Of a stretch of 64,000 nucleotides of DNA, positions 53,869 to 62,139 are shown piece after piece. The DNA lies in sequence record OK272484.1; one strand, given 5' to 3'. The notes under the pieces are model-generated. The model made no database searches. It was given only the letters and a program-made list of their open reading frames with translations, and was not told the DNA's origin. The stretch's first letter is position 1. Each line of letters opens with the position of its first letter. This DNA is from Escherichia phage JLBYU22. Made by a program: the position numbers and the translations under genes.

Positions 53869-54654
53869 ATGGCAATTGTAGGTGTTCCTGGCTGGATTGG
53901 TGAATCTGCCGTGAATGAAACTGGACAGCGTTGGATGGATGCTGCGATGAGAGCAGTTCGTGTTTCAGTTCCTGGTTGGATGAGCTCAATGGCTGGGCAA
54001 TCTAAAGAAGTATATTATAGCATTGGTGCTAGCAATTCTTACAATAAAGACACACTAATAAATTGGATAAAAGCCCAAGGAAGCACTCCTGTTGTTATTA
54101 CTATTACAGGAAATATTGTTTCTCAATCTACTGGTGTTCCATGCTTAGATTTTCCTAGCTCATTAACTAATGCATACGTGACACTTAATATCAATTCAGG
54201 CGTGCATGTTTGGGGCCGTGGCGGGAATGGCGGAAATAACTCTGCTGGCGGAGCAGGAGGAACTGCAATAAATAACGGAATTGGAACTAGATTACGTATT
54301 AACAACAATGGTGTTATCGCAGGCGGCGGTGGCGGCGGTGGCGGCGGATACTACTCTCCTTTTTCACAAATGAAATTGACTTTTGGCGGAGGAGGCGGTC
54401 GTCCATTTGGTGCTGCCGGTGGGTCTGCTAATATGGAACAGGGTGCTACTGCTGGTACTATTTCTGCGCCAGGTAAAGGGTCTGTCAACGGTATCTATAA
54501 TGGCGGGAATGGTGGTGATGCCGGAGCCGCAGGAGGTAAATGTAATATTCGCGGTCAAGGATCAGAATATAACGGTGGTGCTGCGGGTAAAGCTGTTACT
54601 GGTAATGCTCCAACTTGGACTAAAGTTGGCACAATATATGGTTCAAGAGTATAA
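53869..54654 (+). CDS. 38: Tail fibre tip adhesin gp38 (T2-type, glycine-rich motifs flanking variable segments)
   Basis: 261 aa; poly-Gly runs such as GGGGGGGGGYY and GGGGG; N-terminus MAIVGVPGWIG; C-terminus GSRV. Confidence 0.88.
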   Translation: MAIVGVPGWIGESAVNETGQRWMDAAMRAVRVSVPGWMSSMAGQSKEVYYSIGASNSYNKDTLINWIKAQGSTPVVITITGNIVSQSTGVPCLDFPSSLTNAYVTLNINSGVHVWGRGGNGGNNSAGGAGGTAINNGIGTRLRINNNGVIAGGGGGGGGGYYSPFSQMKLTFGGGGGRPFGAAGGSANMEQGATAGTISAPGKGSVNGIYNGGNGGDAGAAGGKCNIRGQGSEYNGGAAGKAVTGNAPTWTKVGTIYGSRV

Positions 54655-54686
54655 TTTTTGAATAAATATCCTTAAAAGGAGGGTCT

Positions 54687-55343
54687 ATGGCAGCACCTAG
54701 AATATCACTTTCGCCCTCTGATATTCTATTTGGTGTTCTAGATCGCTTGTTCAAAGATAACGCTACCGGGAAAGTTCTTGCTTCCCGGGTAGCTGTCGTA
54801 ATTCTTTTATTTATGATGGCGATTGTTTGGTATAGGGGAGATAGTTTCTTTGAGTACTATAAGCAATCAAAGTATGAAACATACAGTGAAATTATTGAAA
54901 AGGAAAGAAATGCACGCTTTGAATCTGTCGCCCTGGAACAACTCCAGATAGTTCATATATCATCTGAGGCAGACTTTAGTGCGGTGTATTCTTTCCGCCC
55001 TAAAAACTTAAACTATTTTGTTGATATTATAGCATACGAAGGAAGATTACCTTCGACAATAACAGAAAAATCACTTGGAGGATATCCTGTTGATAAAACT
55101 ATGGATGAATATACAGTTCATTTAAATGGACGTCATTATTATTCCGATTCAAAATTTGCTTTTTTACCAACTAAAAAGCCTACTCCCGAAATAAACTACA
55201 TGTACAGTTGTCCATATTTTAATTTGGATAATATCTATGCTGGAACGATAACCATGTACTGGTATAGAAATGATCATATAAGTAATGACCGCCTTGAATC
55301 AATATGTGCTCAGGCGGCCAGAATATTAGGAAGGGCTAAATAA
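54687..55343 (+). CDS. t: Holin T
   Basis: 218 aa, same as T4 holin; single N-proximal TM segment. Confidence 0.9.
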   Translation: MAAPRISLSPSDILFGVLDRLFKDNATGKVLASRVAVVILLFMMAIVWYRGDSFFEYYKQSKYETYSEIIEKERNARFESVALEQLQIVHISSEADFSAVYSFRPKNLNYFVDIIAYEGRLPSTITEKSLGGYPVDKTMDEYTVHLNGRHYYSDSKFAFLPTKKPTPEINYMYSCPYFNLDNIYAGTITMYWYRNDHISNDRLESICAQAARILGRAK

Positions 55344-55616
55344 TTATTTGTTCGTATACATCTCTAGATATCGATATACACCCTCAAAACCCTCGTTGAA
55401 TTCGTCGATGAGGGTTTTCTTATCTTCTTGAGTTAATTCAGAAACAATTTTACGGAATGAATTCTGATTTAATTTTCTACCTTCATGCGTTACTCCAATC
55501 TCATTCAGAAATGCAATAAAATTAGCACGATTCTCAACAATATCTTCTCTGGAAAATTTAATCAAAATAGACGCAACAGTAATAATTTCACGAACTGTAT
55601 CAATGTTTTTATTCAT
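55344..55616 (-). CDS. asiA: Anti-sigma70 factor AsiA
   Basis: 90 aa, sequence as recalled for T4 AsiA. Confidence 0.9.
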   Translation of the reverse strand: MNKNIDTVREIITVASILIKFSREDIVENRANFIAFLNEIGVTHEGRKLNQNSFRKIVSELTQEDKKTLIDEFNEGFEGVYRYLEMYTNK

Positions 55617-55628
55617 TAACTATACCAC

Positions 55629-55781
55629 TCAATTAGTTGACTTTGTTATAATATCATCAGACGCTTGATTTGTAAACTGGTCTGTGTTATTTTCTTCAAA
55701 AATTTTTTCTACGAATTCCTTGAACGACTTACGTTCCTGAGCTACATTATGCTCGATTACTTTTTCAAGATTATGACTCAT
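55629..55781 (-). CDS. Small hypothetical protein (50 aa) coupled to arn
   Basis: ATG overlaps arn stop (ATGA); not in ORF track. Confidence 0.35.
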   Translation of the reverse strand: MSHNLEKVIEHNVAQERKSFKEFVEKIFEENNTDQFTNQASDDIITKSTN

Positions 55782-56056
55782 TCGAAATAATCTTCAATTT
55801 CATAATCATGGACGTAAATCATTATAGTTTTTAATACATCATCAATACTTTTTCCTGGAGCTGGAATTACGTAGAAATATCCTGCTTTTGAGAGGTCTTT
55901 ATAAGTTCCAATCAAGAAATCATTATTCTCAAGATGTAGTTCTTCAACTAATTCATTAACAATTGAATGGTATAGGTTTGGTAGAAACTTATATAGCTTT
56001 TCTAGAATATCAATTTTGATTGTGTATTGAACCACGGATTGAGAATCAATAATCAT
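55778..56056 (-). CDS. arn: Arn, anti-restriction (McrBC inhibitor) DNA-mimic protein
   Basis: 92 aa acidic protein at the T4 arn position next to asiA. Confidence 0.7.
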   Translation of the reverse strand: MIIDSQSVVQYTIKIDILEKLYKFLPNLYHSIVNELVEELHLENNDFLIGTYKDLSKAGYFYVIPAPGKSIDDVLKTIMIYVHDYEIEDYFE

Positions 56057-56139
56057 AGACCTTCCCCTTATGTTTCTGTTTGCGATTAGATTCTTTAAAC
56101 GCTTTCTTCTTATCCATATGAACAGAAGCTTTATTAAAA

Positions 56140-56358
56140 TTATGTTTTGCGACTAAATTGTTCATAGTGCTGAATTACCTCTCTCAAACATTTGCATGTG
56201 AATGAAAACTTTTTAGCTACACCACATTCAAATATATGTTCTCTTAAATCGTGTGTATCCGTATATCCCATCTCAACAATAAAATGCCGTATTAGATTTT
56301 TATCTTTATCATTGAGAGAATTAAAATAATCAGATTTTGAATTAATTTCCCTGGCCAA
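56140..56358 (-). CDS. Hypothetical protein (arn-motA interval)
   Basis: 72-aa ORF. Confidence 0.5.
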   Translation of the reverse strand: MAREINSKSDYFNSLNDKDKNLIRHFIVEMGYTDTHDLREHIFECGVAKKFSFTCKCLREVIQHYEQFSRKT

Positions 56359-56638
56359 ATTGAATCACCTTCAGTTGACGTTTTAGCTCTTTTATCATCT
56401 CTTCGTTCATCGCAATATAAAGATCGCGTAAAGCAGGTTTTAGCATGTCATTTATTATAGAACTAAATGGACATACATAATCTTTTCCTACGAGCTTTTT
56501 GGTGAATTCCATATCACAGAACTTAAATCCCGGCTCATTGGTATAAATTCCCCAATTAGTTGACATCATTTTATTGGCATATTCTAGTGCCTGGATTTGA
56601 TTCATAATTCCATCAATTTGAAACTTTTTAATATTCAT
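56342..56638 (-). CDS. Hypothetical protein (arn-motA interval)
   Basis: 98-aa ORF. Confidence 0.5.
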   Translation of the reverse strand: MNIKKFQIDGIMNQIQALEYANKMMSTNWGIYTNEPGFKFCDMEFTKKLVGKDYVCPFSSIINDMLKPALRDLYIAMNEEMIKELKRQLKVIQFGQGN

Positions 56639-57099
56639 TAGTAAAGGTCCTCAGAGTAAAGTTCTTTTTCACTACCACCACGTTCAATACGTACTTGTCC
56701 AGCGTAAGTTGCAATAATCATTGCTTCTTCACGTGTCCAATAATTACTATATTGGTCAATAAACCCTTGGTCATCATCACAAACTTGTTGAGTAACTAAT
56801 TGAGGTTTAACTACATCTAAAACTTCTGCCATATCTTTAGAATAATGACGAGCACCTGGAATAATAAGAGTTCGTCCATCTTTTAATTTAAAACGGTTGG
56901 CTGCACAGACAATTCGTCGTTGATACTTTTGGTTTTCATCCCAATATGCAGTCTGCCAACAGATTTCAGGAACTTCATCTAAAACATTTTGTTCTGTATA
57001 TTCACCACCATAAGAAGCTAATTTAGCAGCCAGACTTTCCGGAGTCTCACGAGATAAAGCTTTATCTAACAGAGCTAAACGTTCTTTAAAAGTTTTCAT
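56638..57099 (-). CDS. Hypothetical protein (arn-motA interval)
   Basis: 153-aa ORF. Confidence 0.55.
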   Translation of the reverse strand: MKTFKERLALLDKALSRETPESLAAKLASYGGEYTEQNVLDEVPEICWQTAYWDENQKYQRRIVCAANRFKLKDGRTLIIPGARHYSKDMAEVLDVVKPQLVTQQVCDDDQGFIDQYSNYWTREEAMIIATYAGQVRIERGGSEKELYSEDLY

Positions 57100-57425
57100 T
57101 TAAACCATCCTTTAATACGCTGCCACAAAGTTTTCTGTTGAGCTTTGTTAACACCAATTGAACGAATAACCGGTTGAGATTCCTGGAATTCTTTATAATC
57201 GGCAAGGTAAATTTCGTAAGCTGCATCTGTAAAGGAACTTATCGCTGCCATAAAATTATTGCGAATACCTACTGGAGCATCTTTACTTTCACGAATAATC
57301 ATGTATTTACCAGTCTTAATCTTTACAATAGTTCCAAGATAAGCTCCATGGTACCAAATATCCCAACCCTCTTGAGTAGGTTCTGCACAACGACGAAGTT
57401 CATTGACAATTTCTAACTTGTTCAT
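57096..57425 (-). CDS. Hypothetical protein (arn-motA interval)
   Basis: 109-aa ORF. Confidence 0.55.
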   Translation of the reverse strand: MNKLEIVNELRRCAEPTQEGWDIWYHGAYLGTIVKIKTGKYMIIRESKDAPVGIRNNFMAAISSFTDAAYEIYLADYKEFQESQPVIRSIGVNKAQQKTLWQRIKGWFK

Positions 57426-57435
57426 TATTTATTCC

Positions 57436-58071
57436 TCACAGTTCAGATGCTACAGTGATTACAGCTTCAATGTTTTCTGCCGAGCGTTTAATGTCAAGAT
57501 ACACATTACCGTTTTTAGCGATTTTACAAGACATTCCGATATCAGTAAATTTCTGAATATGATGTTCCATCATTTTGTATCCAAAAATTCGCATGTTTCC
57601 ATTGTTGTTAATTTCAAAATTGCGAATTCCGTGAGTGCGTTTTTCTAAAATAGCAAGATAATTACTACGATAAGTTTCAACCTTTTTAAGAACAAATCCA
57701 TTTTCATCTAAAAGTTTTAACATGAGATCTTTATCTTCTTCCATATCGGAAGTAATCTCGCGAGCTTTACGAGTAGCACGTTTTTTCAGAAGTTCTGGAG
57801 CATTTTCCTGCGCATATAAAGTTGCTGCGTTTGAAATAATATCTTGCGCTTCGCCTGTGATGATTAATCCATCACCTGATTTCTCTACCAGGCCTTTTTT
57901 AATCAATACCCCAATATTACTATTAACTACTGCGTTACCTAAATCTGGATGCACCTCACGAACTTCTGCAGCTGTAATGAAATCTTTCTTAGCAATGGTA
58001 ATTAAAATCGCAGCAGTTTTTTCATTCAGAACATCGTTAGAAGCTTTGATGATGTAAGTTACTTTAGACAT
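57436..58071 (-). CDS. motA: Middle transcription activator MotA
   Basis: 211 aa, same as T4 MotA. Confidence 0.92.
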   Translation of the reverse strand: MSKVTYIIKASNDVLNEKTAAILITIAKKDFITAAEVREVHPDLGNAVVNSNIGVLIKKGLVEKSGDGLIITGEAQDIISNAATLYAQENAPELLKKRATRKAREITSDMEEDKDLMLKLLDENGFVLKKVETYRSNYLAILEKRTHGIRNFEINNNGNMRIFGYKMMEHHIQKFTDIGMSCKIAKNGNVYLDIKRSAENIEAVITVASEL

Positions 58072-58104
58072 TTTCTAATCTCCGTAATTCTGTATCAGTA
58101 GTTG

Positions 58105-58170
58105 ATAGTTGTATAGTACCACAGTATGCTTTGGTTGTAAACCGTTTTGTGAAAAAAATTTTTGAAATAA
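58105..58170 (-). promoter_or_regulatory. Early promoter cassette (family 2) for motA with UP element
   Basis: Minus strand ttttttatttcaaaaatttttttcacaaaacgGTTTACA, 17-nt spacer, TACTATacaactatcaactactg. Confidence 0.55.
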
Positions 58171-58174
58171 AAAA

Positions 58175-58194
58175 GGGAGAGCCTCGGCTCTCCC
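58175..58194 (-). terminator. Rho-independent terminator immediately upstream of the motA promoter
   Basis: GGGAGAGCC-TC-GGCTCTCCC hairpin followed by T-tract on minus strand. Confidence 0.7.
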
Positions 58195-58199
58195 TAAAA

Positions 58200-58349
58200 T
58201 TACTGCATGACTGTGATAACTGTCATGATAACACGTTGAATTCCGAACGCAAGAAGACCTCCTGCTACGGCTGGAACAACACCTAAACCCGCCAGTAAAA
58301 TGCTACCGGATACTAATGCAGCGCTTGTAATACCTATAAATGGACTCAT
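58200..58349 (-). CDS. Small hydrophobic membrane peptide (49 aa), coupled to gene 52
   Basis: MSPFIGITSAALVSGSILLAGLGVVPAVAGGLLAFGIQ...; ATG overlaps gene 52 stop; not in ORF track. Confidence 0.5.
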   Translation of the reverse strand: MSPFIGITSAALVSGSILLAGLGVVPAVAGGLLAFGIQRVIMTVITVMQ

Positions 58350-59674
58350 TTGATTTCCTCTAAATCTTTAGTGTATTCGGTAACTACATCAGTAGTTTTC
58401 CAATATTCGTTTTCTTCTTTCTTAGCTTTAGCTTCTTCAGCAAGTTTCTTTGCTTCGTCGGAAGTCATATGAAAAATATTCATACCAACTAGTTTATCAA
58501 CATAAGAAGAATACATATCAATTTTAGAAAGTTCTTCTGTCAGTTCTTTACGAGTTTTACCTTGTACAACAATTTCACCTGAAATTACTTTCTTAATGAA
58601 ATGTGCCTTGGCAAAGGCTAAACGAAATGCTGATTCAGTTTCTTTGATTTTGTTATCAATTCGTTTCTGGACATAAGTTTTACGAACTTCAACGAAGTCT
58701 TTGATTAAATCAACTACGTTATCGTAAACTTGCAGCTTTCCTTTCTCATTAATAACGGTAATATTCTGGGAACGACGCTCAATCAACCCGAAGTCTTTCA
58801 TAATTTTCGCGTGACGTTCTTCTTCGTTATCGCTCAAAGAATATTCTTTACGGAATTTAACTTTGAAGCCAAAACCATGCTCACCGCAAGCATCATCCCA
58901 CGTAATGAATCCTTTATCTTCAAGCGGGTCTAAGATTTTACTCACATAAGTTTCACGATCATACTTATACGGAATCTCAGTGATATTCATTTGAGTTCGT
59001 GAAGTAAACTTGTACGTTCCACGAATTTCATATTGACCGTCAATTTCAACGACTTCACCGCGAAATTCTGGGAATTCTACCTTAGGTTTAGTTACTTTCT
59101 TTCCTTGAAGAGCTTGCAGTACAGCTTTCTTGACAGAAGAAACGCTATGAGGAAGAATGTAAGTTGCATAACCAGTTGCAATACCGGAAACACCATTAAG
59201 AAGAACAGTAGGAATAATAGGCAAATAGAAAGCAGGCGGAATGTGTTCTTTATCTTGATGTACCGGAGCATATTCAGTATCTTTATATACGTTATAGAAA
59301 TTTTTACTTACACGAGCAAAAATATAACGACTTGCCGCTGCTTTTTGGACAGTACGAGAACCAAAGTTTCCTTGACCATCTAACAAAGGAAAGTTATTAT
59401 TCCAAGTGTTAGCCATCAAAGCACCTGCGTCTTGTGCAGAGTTTTCACCATGATGATATCCAAGGTCTGCTACACCACCTGCAATAGAAGCGAGTTTGTG
59501 AAACTTATCTTTATTTCCTCGTGCCAAATCAAGAGCTCGAGCAATAACAAATCGTTGAACTGGCTTAAATCCATCAATCATATTTGGAATGGCACGATTT
59601 TCAACCGTGTACATAGCATAAGCCAATGCTTCATTATCAATGATACTTTTTAAATCGCGATTATTCAGTTGCAT
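58346..59674 (-). CDS. 52: DNA topoisomerase II medium subunit gp52
   Basis: 442 aa, same as T4 gp52. Confidence 0.93.
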   Translation of the reverse strand: MQLNNRDLKSIIDNEALAYAMYTVENRAIPNMIDGFKPVQRFVIARALDLARGNKDKFHKLASIAGGVADLGYHHGENSAQDAGALMANTWNNNFPLLDGQGNFGSRTVQKAAASRYIFARVSKNFYNVYKDTEYAPVHQDKEHIPPAFYLPIIPTVLLNGVSGIATGYATYILPHSVSSVKKAVLQALQGKKVTKPKVEFPEFRGEVVEIDGQYEIRGTYKFTSRTQMNITEIPYKYDRETYVSKILDPLEDKGFITWDDACGEHGFGFKVKFRKEYSLSDNEEERHAKIMKDFGLIERRSQNITVINEKGKLQVYDNVVDLIKDFVEVRKTYVQKRIDNKIKETESAFRLAFAKAHFIKKVISGEIVVQGKTRKELTEELSKIDMYSSYVDKLVGMNIFHMTSDEAKKLAEEAKAKKEENEYWKTTDVVTEYTKDLEEIK

Positions 59675-59678
59675 AAAT

Positions 59679-59819
59679 TTACCATACTAGTGAATGTAGT
59701 GCCATAATAACATCAGAAATGAAAAGCACGACTTGAATTAATCCGAACATTACTCCATAATATAGTGCTACCAATAAAGTAGCAAGGGCTAGTGAATAGC
59801 CCAAGATTTTCTTAATCAT
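59679..59819 (-). CDS. Small hydrophobic membrane peptide (46 aa)
   Basis: MIKKILGYSLALATLLVALYYGVMFGLIQVVLFISDVIMALHSLVW; not in ORF track. Confidence 0.45.
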   Translation of the reverse strand: MIKKILGYSLALATLLVALYYGVMFGLIQVVLFISDVIMALHSLVW

Positions 59820-59970
59820 TAGTAGATAACAACACAAATGTTAAATATGCACACATACCCTGGGCTAAAGCTTGTGAAAACACACTGCTAGCATCGATAC
59901 AGATAGTTAAAACACATGCTACTATCCAACAAATAAATGAAATAACTCCTAATAATTTTGCGATATTCAT
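59812..59970 (-). CDS. ac: Ac-like small membrane protein (52 aa)
   Basis: MNIAKLLGVISFICWIVACVLTICIDASSVFSQALAQGM...; size and position of T4 ac. Confidence 0.55.
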   Translation of the reverse strand: MNIAKLLGVISFICWIVACVLTICIDASSVFSQALAQGMCAYLTFVLLSTND

Positions 59971-59980
59971 AATATTCTCC

Positions 59981-60136
59981 TCAACTATTTTTAGAACCAA
60001 TGTACGCGAATAATGATAAAATCGCTAATACGCCCTGAGCTGATGCTTGCAAAAATACTGAAGTTTCTCCAGTTATTACTGTTCCGATGCATAAAAAGAA
60101 CCAACAGAAAAAGGCTATACCGTGAACAAATTTCAT
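59981..60136 (-). CDS. Ac-like small membrane protein paralogue (51 aa)
   Basis: MKFVHGIAFFCWFFLCIGTVITGETSVFLQASAQGVLAIL...; shares FxCW...C...SVF.QA.AQG pattern with the neighbouring Ac-like ORF. Confidence 0.5.
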   Translation of the reverse strand: MKFVHGIAFFCWFFLCIGTVITGETSVFLQASAQGVLAILSLFAYIGSKNS

Positions 60137-60143
60137 ATTTTCC

Positions 60144-60224
60144 TCACTGGCGTCCGAAGACGCCTTTGGTTTTAAGATTGTTACGATAGAACTGCATCAC
60201 GTGTTCGTTGTGGAAATTACTCAT
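60144..60224 (-). CDS. stp: Stp peptide (26 aa), host-defence modulator associated with PrrC anticodon nuclease
   Basis: Translation [26 protein letters not shown] matches T4 Stp as recalled; ATG overlaps ndd stop. Confidence 0.8.
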
Positions 60225-60682
60225 TAATATGCCTGCAAAACGAATTTAAAGTTATCAGCCAACATACGGTTCATTTCTTCAAGTGTTTGATACTCAGAAT
60301 GATGATTACGAGTAAACGCCAAAGCTAACTGACCTTTACCAAATCCTGTCGTCAGAGGTTTCATCTTAGAAGCAGGTAAATAAAATACTGTGTATGGAAC
60401 ATTGTTATTTGCAATAGTACGTGCAAGCTGAGACCGACGTTGACGAATATGACTTAGAACTGCACTGAATCCTTGCTTAGAACGCTGATTACCTACATAA
60501 AATCGTGCTGACACACATGGATTACTAAATAGACGACCATCTAATTTACTTACTAAAAAGTAAAATCCAGGTTTAGATAAAATATCTTTATGCGGAGTTC
60601 CCAAAAACCACTCGCCACCCTTGATTGTACCAATAACAGTAGCGCCTGCGTTGTTCAGATCAGTAACAGTCATGTATTTCAT
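60224..60682 (-). CDS. ndd: Nucleoid disruption protein Ndd
   Basis: 152 aa from MKYMTVTDL; T4 Ndd about 151 aa; track ORF over-extended. Confidence 0.8.
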
Positions 60683-60740
60683 ATTAATTTCCTCTAAATT
60701 ATTTTCTACTCCAAGGCCGCATGAATACGCGGCCATTAAA

Positions 60741-60956
60741 TTAATCGTCGCAGTCGACGCTCAATTCCCAAAACTCTTCTACTGTATAAGTTTCAGTATC
60801 ATTTTCAATACAGAAACGTTCATTACTGTTATTTGCTAAAGTAGCATTAACTGTCATTTTCTCGCTGGTGCTCTTAAGAGGCGAAATACGAATTAACTGA
60901 TCACCATTATCTAAACAGAAAATTTCACCAACTTTTACATCTTTAAAAATTTTCAT
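60741..60956 (-). CDS. Hypothetical protein (position of ndd.1)
   Basis: 71-aa ORF. Confidence 0.5.
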   Translation of the reverse strand: MKIFKDVKVGEIFCLDNGDQLIRISPLKSTSEKMTVNATLANNSNERFCIENDTETYTVEEFWELSVDCDD

Positions 60957-60964
60957 AATTCACC

Positions 60965-61072
60965 TCAAGGAGTATAAAATCCAAATGCAGTTGTTGACCA
61001 TCCCATCCAATATGGGAAATTTGCGCCAATGTAAAACATGAGAATATAAAACCAAATGCTTAGTAAATTCAT
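60965..61072 (-). CDS. Small hydrophobic peptide (35 aa)
   Basis: MNLLSIWFYILMFYIGANFPYWMGWSTTAFGFYTP; coupled to upstream ORF. Confidence 0.35.
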   Translation of the reverse strand: MNLLSIWFYILMFYIGANFPYWMGWSTTAFGFYTP

Positions 61073-61269
61073 TATTTTACACCATTCCAAATTGTTTCAA
61101 CTACAGATTTTAAGCCATTTTGATGAATGTCCATTCCGACAACTGCCATCAAATAGATTCCAACTACAACTGAACCTAAGGCAAAAATCAGCATGAAAAT
61201 GAATAAAGCCGGAAAAATATTATCGAAAAACCATTCAATAAATGTAAAAGCACTACGTTTACGCTTCAT
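61072..61269 (-). CDS. Small membrane protein (65 aa from MKRKRSAF)
   Basis: Hydrophobic helix IFPALFIFMLIFALGSVVVGIYLMAVVG; GAGG Shine-Dalgarno before ATG at 61269. Confidence 0.5.
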   Translation of the reverse strand: MKRKRSAFTFIEWFFDNIFPALFIFMLIFALGSVVVGIYLMAVVGMDIHQNGLKSVVETIWNGVK

Positions 61270-61276
61270 ATTTTCC

Positions 61277-61390
61277 TCACATAAATCCAAAGTAAGCGTT
61301 TAATACATCAATCATTAAAACGATTGGGAATATACTCAAAACTATTAGTATTATAACTACATTCCATATAGCTTTAACAATCTTTTTCAT
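61277..61390 (-). CDS. Small membrane peptide (37 aa)
   Basis: MKKIVKAIWNVVIILIVLSIFPIVLMIDVL...; GGAGG Shine-Dalgarno; early promoter directly upstream. Confidence 0.5.
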   Translation of the reverse strand: MKKIVKAIWNVVIILIVLSIFPIVLMIDVLNAYFGFM

Positions 61391-61410
61391 TTTCTGTTCC
61401 TCCGTAGTTG

Positions 61411-61455
61411 ATAGGGTAATAATACCACAGAGGAACAGTCTTGTAAACAACTTTT
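61411..61455 (-). promoter_or_regulatory. Early promoter cassette (family 2)
   Basis: GTTTAC -35, 18-nt spacer, TATTAT -10, leader ...CTATCAACTACGG. Confidence 0.5.
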
Positions 61456-61554
61456 TTAAAAATATTCGTAATAAATGTGAATACCAACTACTACTGCTGA
61501 AACTTGCGCAACCCACCATGCACAAGCAATAAGTACAGAATTCAAAATTTTCAT
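61456..61554 (-). CDS. Small hydrophobic peptide (32 aa)
   Basis: MKILNSVLIACAWWVAQVSAVVVGIHIYYEYF; not in ORF track. Confidence 0.35.
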   Translation of the reverse strand: MKILNSVLIACAWWVAQVSAVVVGIHIYYEYF

Positions 61555-61633
61555 AATAACCTCATCACAAAAGTAAATGTTAAACAAATTAATGGAATAC
61601 TAATTAACCAAACGAAACACCACCATAGTGAAC

Positions 61634-61897
61634 TCATAACTCAATCTCAGCGATTTTCATTTCATTACTATTAATAGCCGCTTTAAGACTATCTGAAAGA
61701 ATTACATTCCAGTGGTCATTCATATGACCATTGACTAAGCGTGTAATTTCTTCGGGAGTTGAAAAATAAGGCGTATCAGACTCCCAATGCGATAGTCCCA
61801 AGCGAGTATAAATCATACCTTCATCATCGCTAGAATATTCAACTGACACAAACTCATCAGTTATTTTATGTTTAGCGTAATAAAATTTAAATTTCAT
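61634..61897 (-). CDS. Hypothetical protein
   Basis: 87-aa ORF. Confidence 0.5.
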   Translation of the reverse strand: MKFKFYYAKHKITDEFVSVEYSSDDEGMIYTRLGLSHWESDTPYFSTPEEITRLVNGHMNDHWNVILSDSLKAAINSNEMKIAEIEL

Positions 61898-61903
61898 TTT
61901 TAC

Positions 61904-62122
61904 TCAATAATCCGCTAAAAGATCGACGATTGCATCACGAAGACACTTATTCGCAATACGTTTAAGAGCAATTTCAGTTTCTGGAGCATTTTGAATAATC
62001 ATTGAATTCAATTCAGCCTCAGCAAACTGAAGTTCTTTAATTAATTCAGCTTTATATTTTCCTTGCCCTTTCTTAGCTTTTGCTCGTTTTAGTTCAGCTG
62101 TAGTAAACATTTTATTCTCCAA
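61904..62122 (-). CDS. Hypothetical protein
   Basis: 72-aa ORF with early promoter upstream. Confidence 0.5.
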   Translation of the reverse strand: MENKMFTTAELKRAKAKKGQGKYKAELIKELQFAEAELNSMIIQNAPETEIALKRIANKCLRDAIVDLLADY

Positions 62123-62139
62123 ATCCGTATCAGTTGATA

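Noticed and set aside
54240-54560. GGC/GGT-rich tandem-like repeats that could look like a simple-sequence repeat or CRISPR-like array
   Set aside because: They encode the poly-glycine motifs of the gp38 adhesin and are in frame within a continuous ORF; no repeat-spacer periodicity.
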